Shown here piece by piece: positions 52,420 to 62,237 of a stretch of 64,000 nt of DNA (within the stretch, counting starts at the first letter, position 1; each line of letters starts with the position of its first letter). Where the stretch lies: positions 288,001 to 352,000 of the forward strand of contig JBNKBE010000002.1 of the NCBI GenBank assembly GCA_050287085.1, in the 5' to 3' direction. The translations under genes and the position numbers were made by a program. Source of the DNA: Polyangiaceae bacterium (GTDB lineage: Bacteria; Myxococcota_A; Polyangia; Polyangiales; Polyangiaceae). The notes below the pieces were generated by a model. It made no database searches. It had not been told where the DNA came from and worked only from the letters and a program-made list of their open reading frames with translations.

Positions 52420-53010
52420 GTGGACGACTTGGACTGGGTGAAGGGGTTGCCCGTGGGCATTCTCTTCTTCGTTGGAACCTTGTACGGGTTCACGCGCAAA
52501 CGCGCGCGCCGCGCGCTGGCGCTCCGCGACTACCCGCGTCTCGCGGAGCGCATCGGACTTGAACGTGTGGGAGGGTCAGCCACCACATTGGGGCGCTTTC
52601 GTGGAGACTACGACGGGTATCGCGTGGCGGTCGATCCGGAGGAGAGGGCGCCGCGAATCGTCCTATTCCTTCACCAGCCTACGGATTGGGACCTGCGAAC
52701 CTACCAGCGCTGGAAGCGCGTTCCGGAGGGGCTCGAGACCCTCACCTTCGCCGACCGAGGTCTCAACGCTTGGCTCAGTACGCGGCTTCTTAGCGGCGAC
52801 CCGTCGGGGCTAGCGGAGGCTCGTTTGGCCGCGGTGGAGAGCGAGCTGCTGGCGCTGCGAGCCCTCACGCCGAACCTCAGAGAGTTCTCATTAGCCGAGG
52901 ACCGGCTGGAGTGTGTCTTTGACTTTGGCACTCCGCCCTTTATCCCGGCCGCGCTGGTCGCTGACGTACTCAAGCAGCTGGCTAAGCTCGCTCGGGCTGC
53001 TGCGTCCTAG
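52420..53010 (+). CDS. Hypothetical single-pass membrane protein
   Basis: N-terminal TM followed by RKRARR; stop overlaps the convergent gene's stop (CTAG). Confidence 0.7.
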   Translation: MDDLDWVKGLPVGILFFVGTLYGFTRKRARRALALRDYPRLAERIGLERVGGSATTLGRFRGDYDGYRVAVDPEERAPRIVLFLHQPTDWDLRTYQRWKRVPEGLETLTFADRGLNAWLSTRLLSGDPSGLAEARLAAVESELLALRALTPNLREFSLAEDRLECVFDFGTPPFIPAALVADVLKQLAKLARAAAS

Positions 53011-54398
53011 GGCTTGGGTCCCCGCGGTCCGTTTGCGATCTTGCCGCTTCGCAGCTTGCTGCCCCCGTAGGGCTTGACGAGGGGCAGGGTCTCGAAGCGA
53101 GCCTTGTAGACGGCTGTGAGTTCGGCGAGCTTGTTCGGCTCTGTTCGACTCAGATCTTCCTTCTCGTCCGGATCCTGGACCAAGTTGAACAGACGGTAGC
53201 TCACGCCCGGACCGTTGACGATGAGCTTATAGTCGCCCTCAATGATGGCGTGGCGCTCTGGATTGTTGGTGTCCTCCGGTAGATCGAGGATGATGGGCTC
53301 GCGATTGGATGGCGACTCTTTGCCATAGACCTCGGCCACCAGCGAGCGTCCCATGAAGCTGCTTGGGAGTTCAGAGATCCCCATCAGTTCGAGCACCGTG
53401 GGCGCGAGATCGACAAGGCTGCGACGTTCGCTGATGGTTTGTGCTTTGGCGCCAGGAGCCAGGATCAAGAGCGGCACGTGCGTGAGCTCCTCCCAGAGCT
53501 CAAAGGCGTGTTTGTACATGCCATGCTCGCCAAACGCTTCCCCGTGGTCGGCGCTCACGATCACCGCCGTGCGCTTCCACCAGGGTTGCTTCTTGGCAAA
53601 GTCCAGTAGGCGTCCAATATGGAAGTCCGTGAACCAAATCTCTGAGTCGTAGCGGCCGCGATTGTCCTTACCAAAGTCCGGGCTTTCCGCGTGCTTCACG
53701 TACTGGTCGTGAGGATCCATGTAGTGCAGCCACATGAAGAACTGTCCTCCTACATTTTCGCGCTTGGAGAGCATCTTCACTGCGAGGTCGGTCATCTTGT
53801 CCGACGTAACGTGCTCGTCCGTCTGTGCGTTGAAGGTGAGGCCCTCGGTCAACTCCCACTCGTCGAAGCCCTGATTGAGATTCTTGCCTCGATCGAAATA
53901 GCTATGGGCATGCCCACCCAGGGTGCGGACGTTGTGTTCTTGCAGCACTTCGGTGAAGAAGAGATTGCTGTCTGGGAAGCCGGCAAAGAATGTACCGGAG
54001 CGGTAGATCGTTGACGGATAGCGCCCTGCAAGCATGGCTGAGACGCTCTTGGCCGTGTAGCTGGACGCGGAGTAGGCGTTTGCGTAGTGGATCCCCGCCT
54101 CGGCTAGGGCCGTCAGATTCGGGGCGATCGGCTTCTTGTATCCGTTCCAGGGCATGTCGCTGCGTAGACTGTCGATGGTCAACAGCAGGACATTGAGGTC
54201 TTTGGGGGGCCCTTCGGGCTCGGGCGCGGTGTCCGCTGCCGTCGATAGTGCGGTGGGTTGGGAGCTCGCACCGGCGCTGGGGACGGGGCCGGCCACCGTG
54301 CTTGACGGGAGGGGGGCCGGCGCCTTCTGGTGGCGCTCGTCGCAACCGCTCGCGGCAAAAGTAGCTCCCAGTAGCAGCACAGTCAGGGCTATTCTCAT
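53007..54398 (-). CDS. Sulfatase-like (alkaline phosphatase superfamily) lipoprotein
   Basis: NVLLLTIDSLRSD, HYMDPH, SADHGEAF, HVPL and LFNLVQDPDE motifs; lipobox ASGC; Thr at the nucleophile position. Confidence 0.9.
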   Translation of the reverse strand: MRIALTVLLLGATFAASGCDERHQKAPAPLPSSTVAGPVPSAGASSQPTALSTAADTAPEPEGPPKDLNVLLLTIDSLRSDMPWNGYKKPIAPNLTALAEAGIHYANAYSASSYTAKSVSAMLAGRYPSTIYRSGTFFAGFPDSNLFFTEVLQEHNVRTLGGHAHSYFDRGKNLNQGFDEWELTEGLTFNAQTDEHVTSDKMTDLAVKMLSKRENVGGQFFMWLHYMDPHDQYVKHAESPDFGKDNRGRYDSEIWFTDFHIGRLLDFAKKQPWWKRTAVIVSADHGEAFGEHGMYKHAFELWEELTHVPLLILAPGAKAQTISERRSLVDLAPTVLELMGISELPSSFMGRSLVAEVYGKESPSNREPIILDLPEDTNNPERHAIIEGDYKLIVNGPGVSYRLFNLVQDPDEKEDLSRTEPNKLAELTAVYKARFETLPLVKPYGGSKLRSGKIANGPRGPKP

Positions 54399-54498
54399 CG
54401 TACCGGGCCTAGCGCACGCGTTGCGCGCTGGCCACATTTTGCGCGGGATAGGGGACGGCGGAAACTCGGCCGTCCCGACGGCATAGGGACGGTGGCGC

Positions 54499-56010
54499 TT
54501 GCACGGGCGGGAGTGCGCGGGCACGCTTGCTGACGGGGAAGCCTTGCCGCGTCTAACTCTGGTTCTTGTGATGTTGGCCTGCGCCCTGGCCAGTGGTGGC
54601 GCTGCGCTCGCAGCGTTCAAGGGTGCACTCGAGCCTGCCTGGGAGACATTTATTGTGCGGGTTCTGCCCGCCCCCTGGTTCCGTTTCGTCTGGGTCCCGT
54701 GGGGGCTTGGGGCGGTCTCGTGGGCCGTTGTTAGGGGTCGGGGCAAGGGGCGTGCCCCTAGCGGGGGCCTGGTACCGAGCGGCGATACGCCGGAAGCCAT
54801 CGTAGCTGCCTTGCGCACTCTGCTGACGACCTCGGACGCTTTCGTGCAGGACGCGACCTCGCTGCTGGACCGGGTCTTGGCGTGTGCGGTTCAGGCTCGC
54901 GCGAGCGATATCCACCTTTCTCCCGAGCAGCAGGGCCTCGTTCTGGCGTTCAGGCTCGACGGGCAGCTGCAGCGCGTGGCGGTACTGACGACTGCGGTGG
55001 GGCAGCCGCTTCAGAATCGCGTCAAGGTTCTGAGTGGGCTAAGCATCGAAGGCCGTCAGGGCGCTTTGGACGGTCGATTTCGACGTCGTCTGGCTTGTGG
55101 CGACGTTGACGTTCGGGTTTCCGTTGTGCCGCAGCAAGAGGGGGAGCGGGTGGTACTCCGCGTATTGGAAGACTCCGAGGGCCTTCCTCGCCTTGATGCG
55201 TTGGGCTTCCCGTCGGAGACCCTTTCGGTGCTGCTGCGGCTTCTGAGTCAACGTCAGGGCGTGTTGTTCGTCACCGGACCGGTTGGAAGCGGCAAGTCGA
55301 CGACTCTATACTGCGCTCTGCGGGAAATACACGAGCGTGCTGGGGGCGCGTTATCGCTGATGACCCTTGAGGATCCGGTCGAGCGTCGCCTCGGCTTTCT
55401 TGCCCAGAGCCAGGTAGACGAGACTGTGGGGCTGACCTTTGCACAAGGGCTACGTTCATTGCTTCGCCAGGATCCGAATGTGCTGATGGTCGGTGAGATC
55501 CGGGACGAGGAAACCGCCCGCGTAGCGCTGCAGGCGGGACAGAGTGGGCATCTCATCCTCACAACTCTCCACGCACCATCCGCTATTCAGATATTCCCGC
55601 GCCTTTTCGAAATGGGCCTCCCCCCCGCTCGCACCGTTGAGGCCACGGTTGGAGTGCTTGCTCAGCGACTTGTCCGGCGTCTGTGCTCACACTGCAAGGG
55701 GGGGCCGGGTGAGGTCTCAGGCCCGGAAGCGGCGGCTCTCACCGCCCGCGGCCTCTCGCTTCCGGAGGGGAGCTATTATCAGCAAGTGGGGTGTGAGCGT
55801 TGTGACTATACCGGCTTTTCCGGCCGAATACCGATTGCCGAGGCGCTTGAGATGACAGGCGAGGTCAGGGCCCGGGTGCTCGATGCCGCTCGCGGACACG
55901 CGACGTTCGACGACGGCGGTCATGGTCTCTTGCGTGCTGGCGTCTGCGTGGCGGCGCGCGGGGATACAACGCTGCGAGAAGTGTTACTGGTTGCGGGGGA
56001 ACATGCTTGA
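54499..56010 (+). CDS. GspE/PulE/PilB-family ATPase with N-terminal hydrophobic segments
   Basis: ASDIH, RLDG, GPVGSGKSTT, LEDPVE, LRQDPNVLMVGEIRD, GHLILTTLH and CSHC/CERC. Start uncertain. Confidence 0.92.
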   Translation: MHGRECAGTLADGEALPRLTLVLVMLACALASGGAALAAFKGALEPAWETFIVRVLPAPWFRFVWVPWGLGAVSWAVVRGRGKGRAPSGGLVPSGDTPEAIVAALRTLLTTSDAFVQDATSLLDRVLACAVQARASDIHLSPEQQGLVLAFRLDGQLQRVAVLTTAVGQPLQNRVKVLSGLSIEGRQGALDGRFRRRLACGDVDVRVSVVPQQEGERVVLRVLEDSEGLPRLDALGFPSETLSVLLRLLSQRQGVLFVTGPVGSGKSTTLYCALREIHERAGGALSLMTLEDPVERRLGFLAQSQVDETVGLTFAQGLRSLLRQDPNVLMVGEIRDEETARVALQAGQSGHLILTTLHAPSAIQIFPRLFEMGLPPARTVEATVGVLAQRLVRRLCSHCKGGPGEVSGPEAAALTARGLSLPEGSYYQQVGCERCDYTGFSGRIPIAEALEMTGEVRARVLDAARGHATFDDGGHGLLRAGVCVAARGDTTLREVLLVAGEHA

Positions 56011-56494
56011 ACGCCTGACGCAGCTCTTCTTTCTGGCCGGCGCTCTGGGGCTGGTGCTGCTCGCTGGGCAGTGGCTGCTAGCCGCTGTCGAGGAGCCCGC
56101 GCGCAAGACCGTAGCGGTACCGTCGCTCGAGGAGGGGAGGAAGGAAGGCGCTTCCCTACTCGACCGTCTTCCGTTCCGGTCGACGTCGAGTTCGCCGGCG
56201 ACAAGTGAGCTCTCACAGATCGGCGCGGCTCCGGCAGCGCCCGCAGAGGTCGACGCGTTGCTCTACGTCGACGGTGCCGCCGAAGGCGGTGTCTACGTCG
56301 AAGGTCGCTACCTGGGAGAGGCCCCGTACGTGGGGCAGGTGCGCTGCAAGTCGGGTAGCGACGTCGTCGTCGAGTGGGTGCCGGTCAAGGGTGAGCCGGC
56401 TCACTTTCGGAGACGATGTCAACAGGAGGTGCGCATTCGTCCTACACGCGATCGGCCTGAGCTTCGGCAGGCGCCCCGCCCGAGGGCGCGGTGA
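56003..56494 (+). CDS. Single-TM protein with PEGA-like domain
   Basis: N-terminal TM, Ser/Pro linker and GVYVEGRYLGEAP; overlaps the ATPase stop by 8 nt. Confidence 0.75.
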   Translation: MLERLTQLFFLAGALGLVLLAGQWLLAAVEEPARKTVAVPSLEEGRKEGASLLDRLPFRSTSSSPATSELSQIGAAPAAPAEVDALLYVDGAAEGGVYVEGRYLGEAPYVGQVRCKSGSDVVVEWVPVKGEPAHFRRRCQQEVRIRPTRDRPELRQAPRPRAR

Positions 56495-56675
56495 CCTCAC
56501 CGGCCTCGCGTTTTGTGCCTGCCTGTTTGGTCTAGAGCTAGAACATTCCGCCCCCGAGGGCACCACCTATGCTGGGCGGTTCGTCTCGGGACACGGAGTG
56601 GTTTGCCAGGTGTAGCGCCTTGCCGGCTTATGTAGAGTCCGTATCGGTAGCGCGTCTGGCGCTTGCGAGGAGCCC

Positions 56676-58838
56676 ATGGACAGAAAGACTTCTGCTTTTT
56701 TCTCTTTATCAGGTCAACCCGGAGTTTGCGAGCAAGGGGCTGGGCGCACCGAGCGCGGTTCTCGTTCACTTCACCGGCGTGGGACCACGGAGTTTTTCGG
56801 CGCGCTGTCTTTCGGCGCGCTGTCTTTCAGCGCATTGCCTTCGTTTCGTGGCTTGGCGGGGTCGGTGGTGTTGTGCGCGGCCCTGGGGGCCGCCGGTTGT
56901 GCTGCTGAGGGCAACGTCGCTGGCGCTCCCGCCACGGGGGGAGCTGGCGGTGATGGTGGTGAGGTCGCTGGCAGCGAGAACGCATCGCTCCCCGACGGCG
57001 AGAACGCAGGCGGCGCGACGGTCCCTGCTCCGCTTCCGGATGATGAAGGGGAGGACACGCTCATCGGGGATGTGACGCCACCGGTTGGCAAGAGCGGGAT
57101 CCGCCCTGGGGACGCGGTCGATATCCTATTTGTCGTCGACAACTCCACGTCCATGGGTGACAAGCAGGCGATCTTCAAGGCCGCCATTCCCGACTTGATC
57201 GATCAGATGGTGAAACCGCCCTGCTTCAACGAATCCACAGGGGAATTCGTGGCATTTGACGATCAGGGCAACTGCACGGGCGCAGGTGTCTCCCGGGTAT
57301 TTGAGCCCGTGACGGACATCCACGTTGCCGTCATTTCGTCGAGCCTTGGCAGTCATGGTTTGGGACCCGATCAGGTCGAAGGCAAACCGATCTGCCCTGA
57401 CGACGTGTTTGAGCAAAATGATCGCGCCCATTTGATCCCATCGGTTCGACCCGAGGACGGGCTCGACGCCTCCAATGGGGGGTTCTTGGTCTGGGATTCA
57501 GCGGGGGATGCGGACGCGGCGGAAACGGACGCCAAGTTGGCGGCGCTTGCGACTAGCTTTGGAGGGCAAGTAGATGCCGTTCGGGAGCACGGTTGCGGCT
57601 TCGAAGCACCGCTGGAGGCAGCATACCGATTCTTGGTCGAACCGGAGCCCTACGCCACCATCGAGCGGGGTCCTTGTTCCGATGCCGACACCTCGAATAA
57701 CTGCGCGCTGCCCACAGGGGTGGACTCTGAATTGCTCGCTCAGCGCGAAGCCTTCTTGCGGCCAGATTCGCACGTGGTGATCGTCTTTCTTTCAGATGAG
57801 AACGACTGCTCCATCATCGACCGGAGACAAGGATACTTTGCTGTGCGTCCGACAGTCATGGCATCCGGTACAGCAATATGTGATTCCACTCCAAACGATC
57901 CGTGCTGTCATTCTTGCGTGAGGCAAGGCGTGCCCGAAGGCTGCGAACCAGACCCGGCGCTCAATGGTTGTATGGACAATGGACGCGATGAGCTGGAGGT
58001 GGCGGGGATCAGCGAAGCCTACAACCTACGCTGTTTCGACCACAAGCGACGCTTCGGTGTGGAGCTCCTGTATCCAACTTCGCGTTACCTAGATGGCTTT
58101 CAGGGGGACGATATCATCAATCGCGACAACAATGCGCGGATCCCCAATCCGCTGTTTCAGGCGGGGCGAATCAAGCAACAGGTCTTCGTCGTCGGGATCG
58201 TCGGAACCCCGTGGCAAGACACCGTGCAGGACTTGAACACTCCGGCTGGTACTTTGGAACTCAAGCGAGCAACCGACGTAGATTGGGCAAGACTCCTTCC
58301 GTTGCCGGAGATGGGCAATGTCGAGCCGCTCGATCCATTCAACATCGAGACCATGGATGCCACCCGTCGCGCGGGCAAGGCACATCCAGACACGGGAGCC
58401 ACCATCGACGGACCAGGCACCTGGAACGAAATCAACGGTCACGACCGCGAACTCGCAGCGGGGGACGGCGTAATGGACGATCTGCAATACGCCTGCATTT
58501 TTGAGCTGGCAACCCCGCGAGACTGCGCTGTGGAAGGCGTTGATCCGCTCACCTGTGACTGCACCGTTGCCGAGACGGACGACGGAACGATCGACCAAGC
58601 GACGGGCAATCCATTGTGTCGCGATCCGGAATCGGGGCAATATGGAACGACTCAGTACTTTGCTAAGGCGTATCCTGCACCGCGGATGTTTGAGGTTCTT
58701 CGTGGCATGGGAGAGCAAGGAGTCTTGTCGTCCATTTGCCCCCGAAATGCGACGGATCAAGAACTTCAGGACTACGGTTACCGCCCTGCGATCCGCGCAC
58801 TGCTGCTGGCGGTAGCGCCGGTTGAGCCGACCATGTGA
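56676..58838 (+). CDS. Cys-rich VWA-like lipoprotein (myxobacterial type)
   Basis: Lipobox AAGC, MIDAS-like DILFVVDNSTS, GCGFEAPLEA and FLRPDS...LSDENDCS. Start uncertain. Confidence 0.82.
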   Translation: MDRKTSAFFSLSGQPGVCEQGAGRTERGSRSLHRRGTTEFFGALSFGALSFSALPSFRGLAGSVVLCAALGAAGCAAEGNVAGAPATGGAGGDGGEVAGSENASLPDGENAGGATVPAPLPDDEGEDTLIGDVTPPVGKSGIRPGDAVDILFVVDNSTSMGDKQAIFKAAIPDLIDQMVKPPCFNESTGEFVAFDDQGNCTGAGVSRVFEPVTDIHVAVISSSLGSHGLGPDQVEGKPICPDDVFEQNDRAHLIPSVRPEDGLDASNGGFLVWDSAGDADAAETDAKLAALATSFGGQVDAVREHGCGFEAPLEAAYRFLVEPEPYATIERGPCSDADTSNNCALPTGVDSELLAQREAFLRPDSHVVIVFLSDENDCSIIDRRQGYFAVRPTVMASGTAICDSTPNDPCCHSCVRQGVPEGCEPDPALNGCMDNGRDELEVAGISEAYNLRCFDHKRRFGVELLYPTSRYLDGFQGDDIINRDNNARIPNPLFQAGRIKQQVFVVGIVGTPWQDTVQDLNTPAGTLELKRATDVDWARLLPLPEMGNVEPLDPFNIETMDATRRAGKAHPDTGATIDGPGTWNEINGHDRELAAGDGVMDDLQYACIFELATPRDCAVEGVDPLTCDCTVAETDDGTIDQATGNPLCRDPESGQYGTTQYFAKAYPAPRMFEVLRGMGEQGVLSSICPRNATDQELQDYGYRPAIRALLLAVAPVEPTM

Positions 58839-58871
58839 CGCGGGCGAGACGCGATGGCCAGTGGGAGTGCG

Positions 58872-59726
58872 CTACTGGCCAGAGTGAAGCCAGCGCACTG
58901 CCTTGAGCAATAGCTGGCCCGTTTCGGGCGGAAACTGGCCATGACGGCTGCCCGACAAAAGCTCGAAGCGGGCCCGTAGCCCAGACGCCAGCAGCTGTGA
59001 AGTGCCGTTTTTCATGTGCTGAGTTGGCTCCAGGGTACCACCAAAGACGAAGACGGCGCGGGCGTCGCGCAGCAGGTCGGCGCGCGGCGCAGTGGGCGGG
59101 CCGCCCAGGATCACCCAGGGATAGCGCGTCGGATACAGCGCCGCCAGCGCCTGGGCGCGCGAGGCTCCCTGCGAATAGCCAAAGAGCGTCGCTTGTGTAG
59201 CCACCGCATCGCCTCGTTCCTGGGCTACTCGCTCGCGGGCGAGCTGAAGCTCGCTGTCAATGACGGCAAGCTCTTGGGTCCAACGCATTCTGCCTGTGGA
59301 GCACGGGATGTTTGCTTGCACTGCCACCACCGTTGCTACCGTGCTGAGCTGGGATGACCAGGTATCGCTCTTTTCCATAACTCCACAGCGACCGTGAAGA
59401 TAGAATAGGAGGCCGGTCACCCCGCGCTTGGCGTGGGTAACCCGCACGAGGCGCCCAGAGGAGAGCGTCACGTCCTGGGGCTCATGGGGCGTGAAGGTAG
59501 CGACCCTGCTTGTGTTCTCTGCTTCTGGCTGAGCGTCTGGCGGCGCGTCCCGCAGGACCGCAGGGGACGCCCTGTGCACCGCAGCCGACAGCGGCTCCGA
59601 GGACCTTTGCGTCTGGTTCGAGGGTACCACTCTTGAGCTTGTCGGAGCGGGGCGAGCGCAAGAGGTGGCGTGCAGGAGAGCCGCGACACAACAAGCCAGA
59701 CGGCGACGGTTTCGTGAAGACGTCAA
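58872..59726 (-). CDS. Alpha/beta hydrolase, putative lipoprotein
   Basis: YLHG, GYSQG nucleophile elbow and late SRHG; TTGA overlap with the upstream gene. Confidence 0.75.
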   Translation of the reverse strand: MTSSRNRRRLACCVAALLHATSCARPAPTSSRVVPSNQTQRSSEPLSAAVHRASPAVLRDAPPDAQPEAENTSRVATFTPHEPQDVTLSSGRLVRVTHAKRGVTGLLFYLHGRCGVMEKSDTWSSQLSTVATVVAVQANIPCSTGRMRWTQELAVIDSELQLARERVAQERGDAVATQATLFGYSQGASRAQALAALYPTRYPWVILGGPPTAPRADLLRDARAVFVFGGTLEPTQHMKNGTSQLLASGLRARFELLSGSRHGQFPPETGQLLLKAVRWLHSGQ

Positions 59727-60316
59727 CGCGGACCGAGGGCCACCGCGGTTGCGACCAATTGCACTTCGTTGGCGCTCCCGTCCTCGTTCTTGCTGGTGAA
59801 CGTGGCGCCTTCGCTTTCGAGATGGGCCACGTGAGAAGCCGCGACTTGCTTGACGACCACGGCGCCTTCGACCCGAGCGCTCCGCCCAGCAGAATCGGTG
59901 GGTACGAAGAAGCCGTAGTCCTTGAACGTGACGCGGCACCCAATGCCGGCTCCGTCGGCGCTTTCAGCAAGCTCCATCCAGCAGCCTTTTCTCGAACAGG
60001 CGCGCCGCACCGTGGCTGCGACTTCGACCGTCTTTCCGGAGTACGCCATCGGAGCCGCTAGGATCTCCTGGAGAGCGGCCTTGGGTGCTCCGCTGAATTG
60101 GCTGCCGAAGCGGGATTCCTCGGTCGGCGCAGGCGAGTGCGATTCGACGTGGGCGCGGCTCGTTGCTTCAGTGGCGTCAGGTGTCGGACCAGAGCTCGAA
60201 CGGTTGCAGGCAGGGCTGAGCAGCACGGCGGAGAGCAGCACGGCGGTGAGCTTCGTGTAGACGAACTGTGTGGCACTGCGAATGGCCGTTGGCGCTGCAT
60301 GGCGGGCTGCGTTCAT
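59723..60316 (-). CDS. DUF4920 domain lipoprotein
   Basis: ACSRKGCWMEL and VTFKDYGFFVP motifs; lipobox SPAC. Confidence 0.88.
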   Translation of the reverse strand: MNAARHAAPTAIRSATQFVYTKLTAVLLSAVLLSPACNRSSSGPTPDATEATSRAHVESHSPAPTEESRFGSQFSGAPKAALQEILAAPMAYSGKTVEVAATVRRACSRKGCWMELAESADGAGIGCRVTFKDYGFFVPTDSAGRSARVEGAVVVKQVAASHVAHLESEGATFTSKNEDGSANEVQLVATAVALGPR

Positions 60317-60323
60317 GGGCGAG

Positions 60324-60329
60324 ATTATA
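60324..60329 (-). promoter_or_regulatory. -10 element (probably leaderless)
   Basis: Perfect TATAAT 7 nt before ATG 60316; no SD. Confidence 0.55.
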
Positions 60330-60458
60330 GCGCAGGGCTGGGCGCAGGCAGGGTCCAAATGAGCGGGTTGGAGTTGGCGGCCGCTGGCGCTTTCCCCTTG
60401 TCCCTACTGAGATCCAGAGGCGGGCAAGGCTCTAGCCTTGCTCTGTCGACGACTGGCC

Positions 60459-62237
60459 TCAGAGCGACGCTTCACGACGAGCCGCCCACAAGATGGCCCC
60501 TCGCAGCAGCTTCTTCATATTGGGGTCCTCGAATGCGCTGTCGGCGTGTCCGAGTGACGAATACACCATGCGATAGTTCTCGAGCTGCCGGGTCCAAATA
60601 ACAGGCTGGTTGTCTTCGCGACGCCCCAGTATTTCGAAGCCGGGCTTGGTGCTCCAGGTCTGATACGAGTTGAAGTTCCACCATTCGCCCGTCCAGCTCC
60701 AGGGGTTCGGAAGGTCCTTGACGATGGGGTGAGCCGTGTTGTCAAACGTGATCTGTCCGGCGGTTCCGGCCAGCCCATGCCCGTCGTAGTACTGGCCTAT
60801 CAAGTCTGTGTAGAAGGCCCAGTTACTCTCCGTGTCGGCCGCCGAATGAATGCCGACCAGCGCGCCTTCTGTCTTGAGCCATGCCTCCAGGGCGGCTTCT
60901 TCGGCGGTGTTGAAGACGTCACCGGTTGGGTTTAGGAAGATCACGACTTCATACTGAGCTAGTCCGGCGGCCGTGAAATCACTGCTGTCGTCGCTAACCT
61001 TGGTAGTGAAGCCCTCCTCTGCCGCGATTTGGTTGATCAGCGTTCTGCCAGTGCCAATGCTGCTGTGTAGAAACGTTTCAATCTCCGAAAATACTAATAC
61101 TTTGAAGGGACCTTCTCGCGGTGAATAGGGGCCGTGGCAGCTGCTAGACTGCTCCACGCACATGAGGCCGTCGCATGGATCGCCGGCGTGCTGAGAACAG
61201 GTGCCGCCGGCGCACGTATCTTTGCCGTTGCAGAAGACGCCATCATCACAGGGGGCTTGAGTGTTCGCGAAGCCGCAACCGCTGCTTGGATCGCAACGCG
61301 GCGTTGCGCACACGTTCCCGCCACCGCACTGGCTGTCTTGAGGAACGTGAACGCAACCGGTAGCTTCACACGTGTCGAGGGTACAGGGGACATCATCGCT
61401 GCAACCCTGGGGCACACAAACGTCCGCGCAGCAGGTTTCGCCACTCTGGCATAGCTGCGCGCGTTCGCACTGGTCGTTGACGCATTCAGCGGTACCGCAC
61501 GGCTCGGCGATGCAGTTAACGGCATTGCAGTTCGGGTACTGGCAACCTTGTTCGGGATCACAAGAGCCGTCAGGGCTGGCCGTGCATAATGAAGCATCTG
61601 GCGTGTTGGTACAGCCGTCGACTTCGCATTTGTCGACCGTGCAGGCGATGTCGTCGTTGCAGTCGAAGTCGTCGTCGCAAATGGGCTCGCAGCGAGTGAT
61701 GTCCAGACAGCTTCCAGTACGGCACGCTGATGGCTCCGACCAGTGCAGGCACCCATCTGATGCTGCCAGGCATTCGCTCGATTGTCCTTCGTTGCACTGC
61801 GTTGCGTTCAAAGCGCACTCGTCGTCGCAGCCGGGGGGGGAACCGCCTGTGCCAGCTGTTGTTTCTGGGCTGTCGTCTCCACCGTAGCCGCCTCCCGCCG
61901 GGCTCTCACCCCCGGCGCCGCTACCTCCCTCGGCTGTGCCACCCGCCCCAGAATCTGCCGCGTCACCAGCGCTGCCCTCACCAGCGCTGCCCCCGTTCGC
62001 GCTGCCCTTGCCGGCACTGCCCCCGTCCGCGCTGACCTTGCCGGCACTGCCCTCGGCAGCGCTGCCTCCTCCGCTAGAGATCTGGCCTCCGCCCCCAGCC
62101 GTCGCCTGCTCGGGCTCGTCCTGGGACTCCTTCTTAAGCGGGTGTGTCAGCAGGCAACCGCTGCCAAAGAGTGCGGCTGCGATGAAGAGTAGGGCATGGC
62201 TTCCCTTGAGGCACTTCTTTGTCACCGGATCGGCCAT
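60459..62237 (-). CDS. Lipoprotein with Gly/Ser linker, Cys-rich repeats and C-terminal ThuA-like domain
   Basis: Lipobox GSGC, GGSAG repeats, CxDD..CT.D.C repeats; VLVFS...FLHSSI, GIHSAAD and YSSLGH motifs. Confidence 0.85.
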   Translation of the reverse strand: MADPVTKKCLKGSHALLFIAAALFGSGCLLTHPLKKESQDEPEQATAGGGGQISSGGGSAAEGSAGKVSADGGSAGKGSANGGSAGEGSAGDAADSGAGGTAEGGSGAGGESPAGGGYGGDDSPETTAGTGGSPPGCDDECALNATQCNEGQSSECLAASDGCLHWSEPSACRTGSCLDITRCEPICDDDFDCNDDIACTVDKCEVDGCTNTPDASLCTASPDGSCDPEQGCQYPNCNAVNCIAEPCGTAECVNDQCERAQLCQSGETCCADVCVPQGCSDDVPCTLDTCEATGCVHVPQDSQCGGGNVCATPRCDPSSGCGFANTQAPCDDGVFCNGKDTCAGGTCSQHAGDPCDGLMCVEQSSSCHGPYSPREGPFKVLVFSEIETFLHSSIGTGRTLINQIAAEEGFTTKVSDDSSDFTAAGLAQYEVVIFLNPTGDVFNTAEEAALEAWLKTEGALVGIHSAADTESNWAFYTDLIGQYYDGHGLAGTAGQITFDNTAHPIVKDLPNPWSWTGEWWNFNSYQTWSTKPGFEILGRREDNQPVIWTRQLENYRMVYSSLGHADSAFEDPNMKKLLRGAILWAARREASL

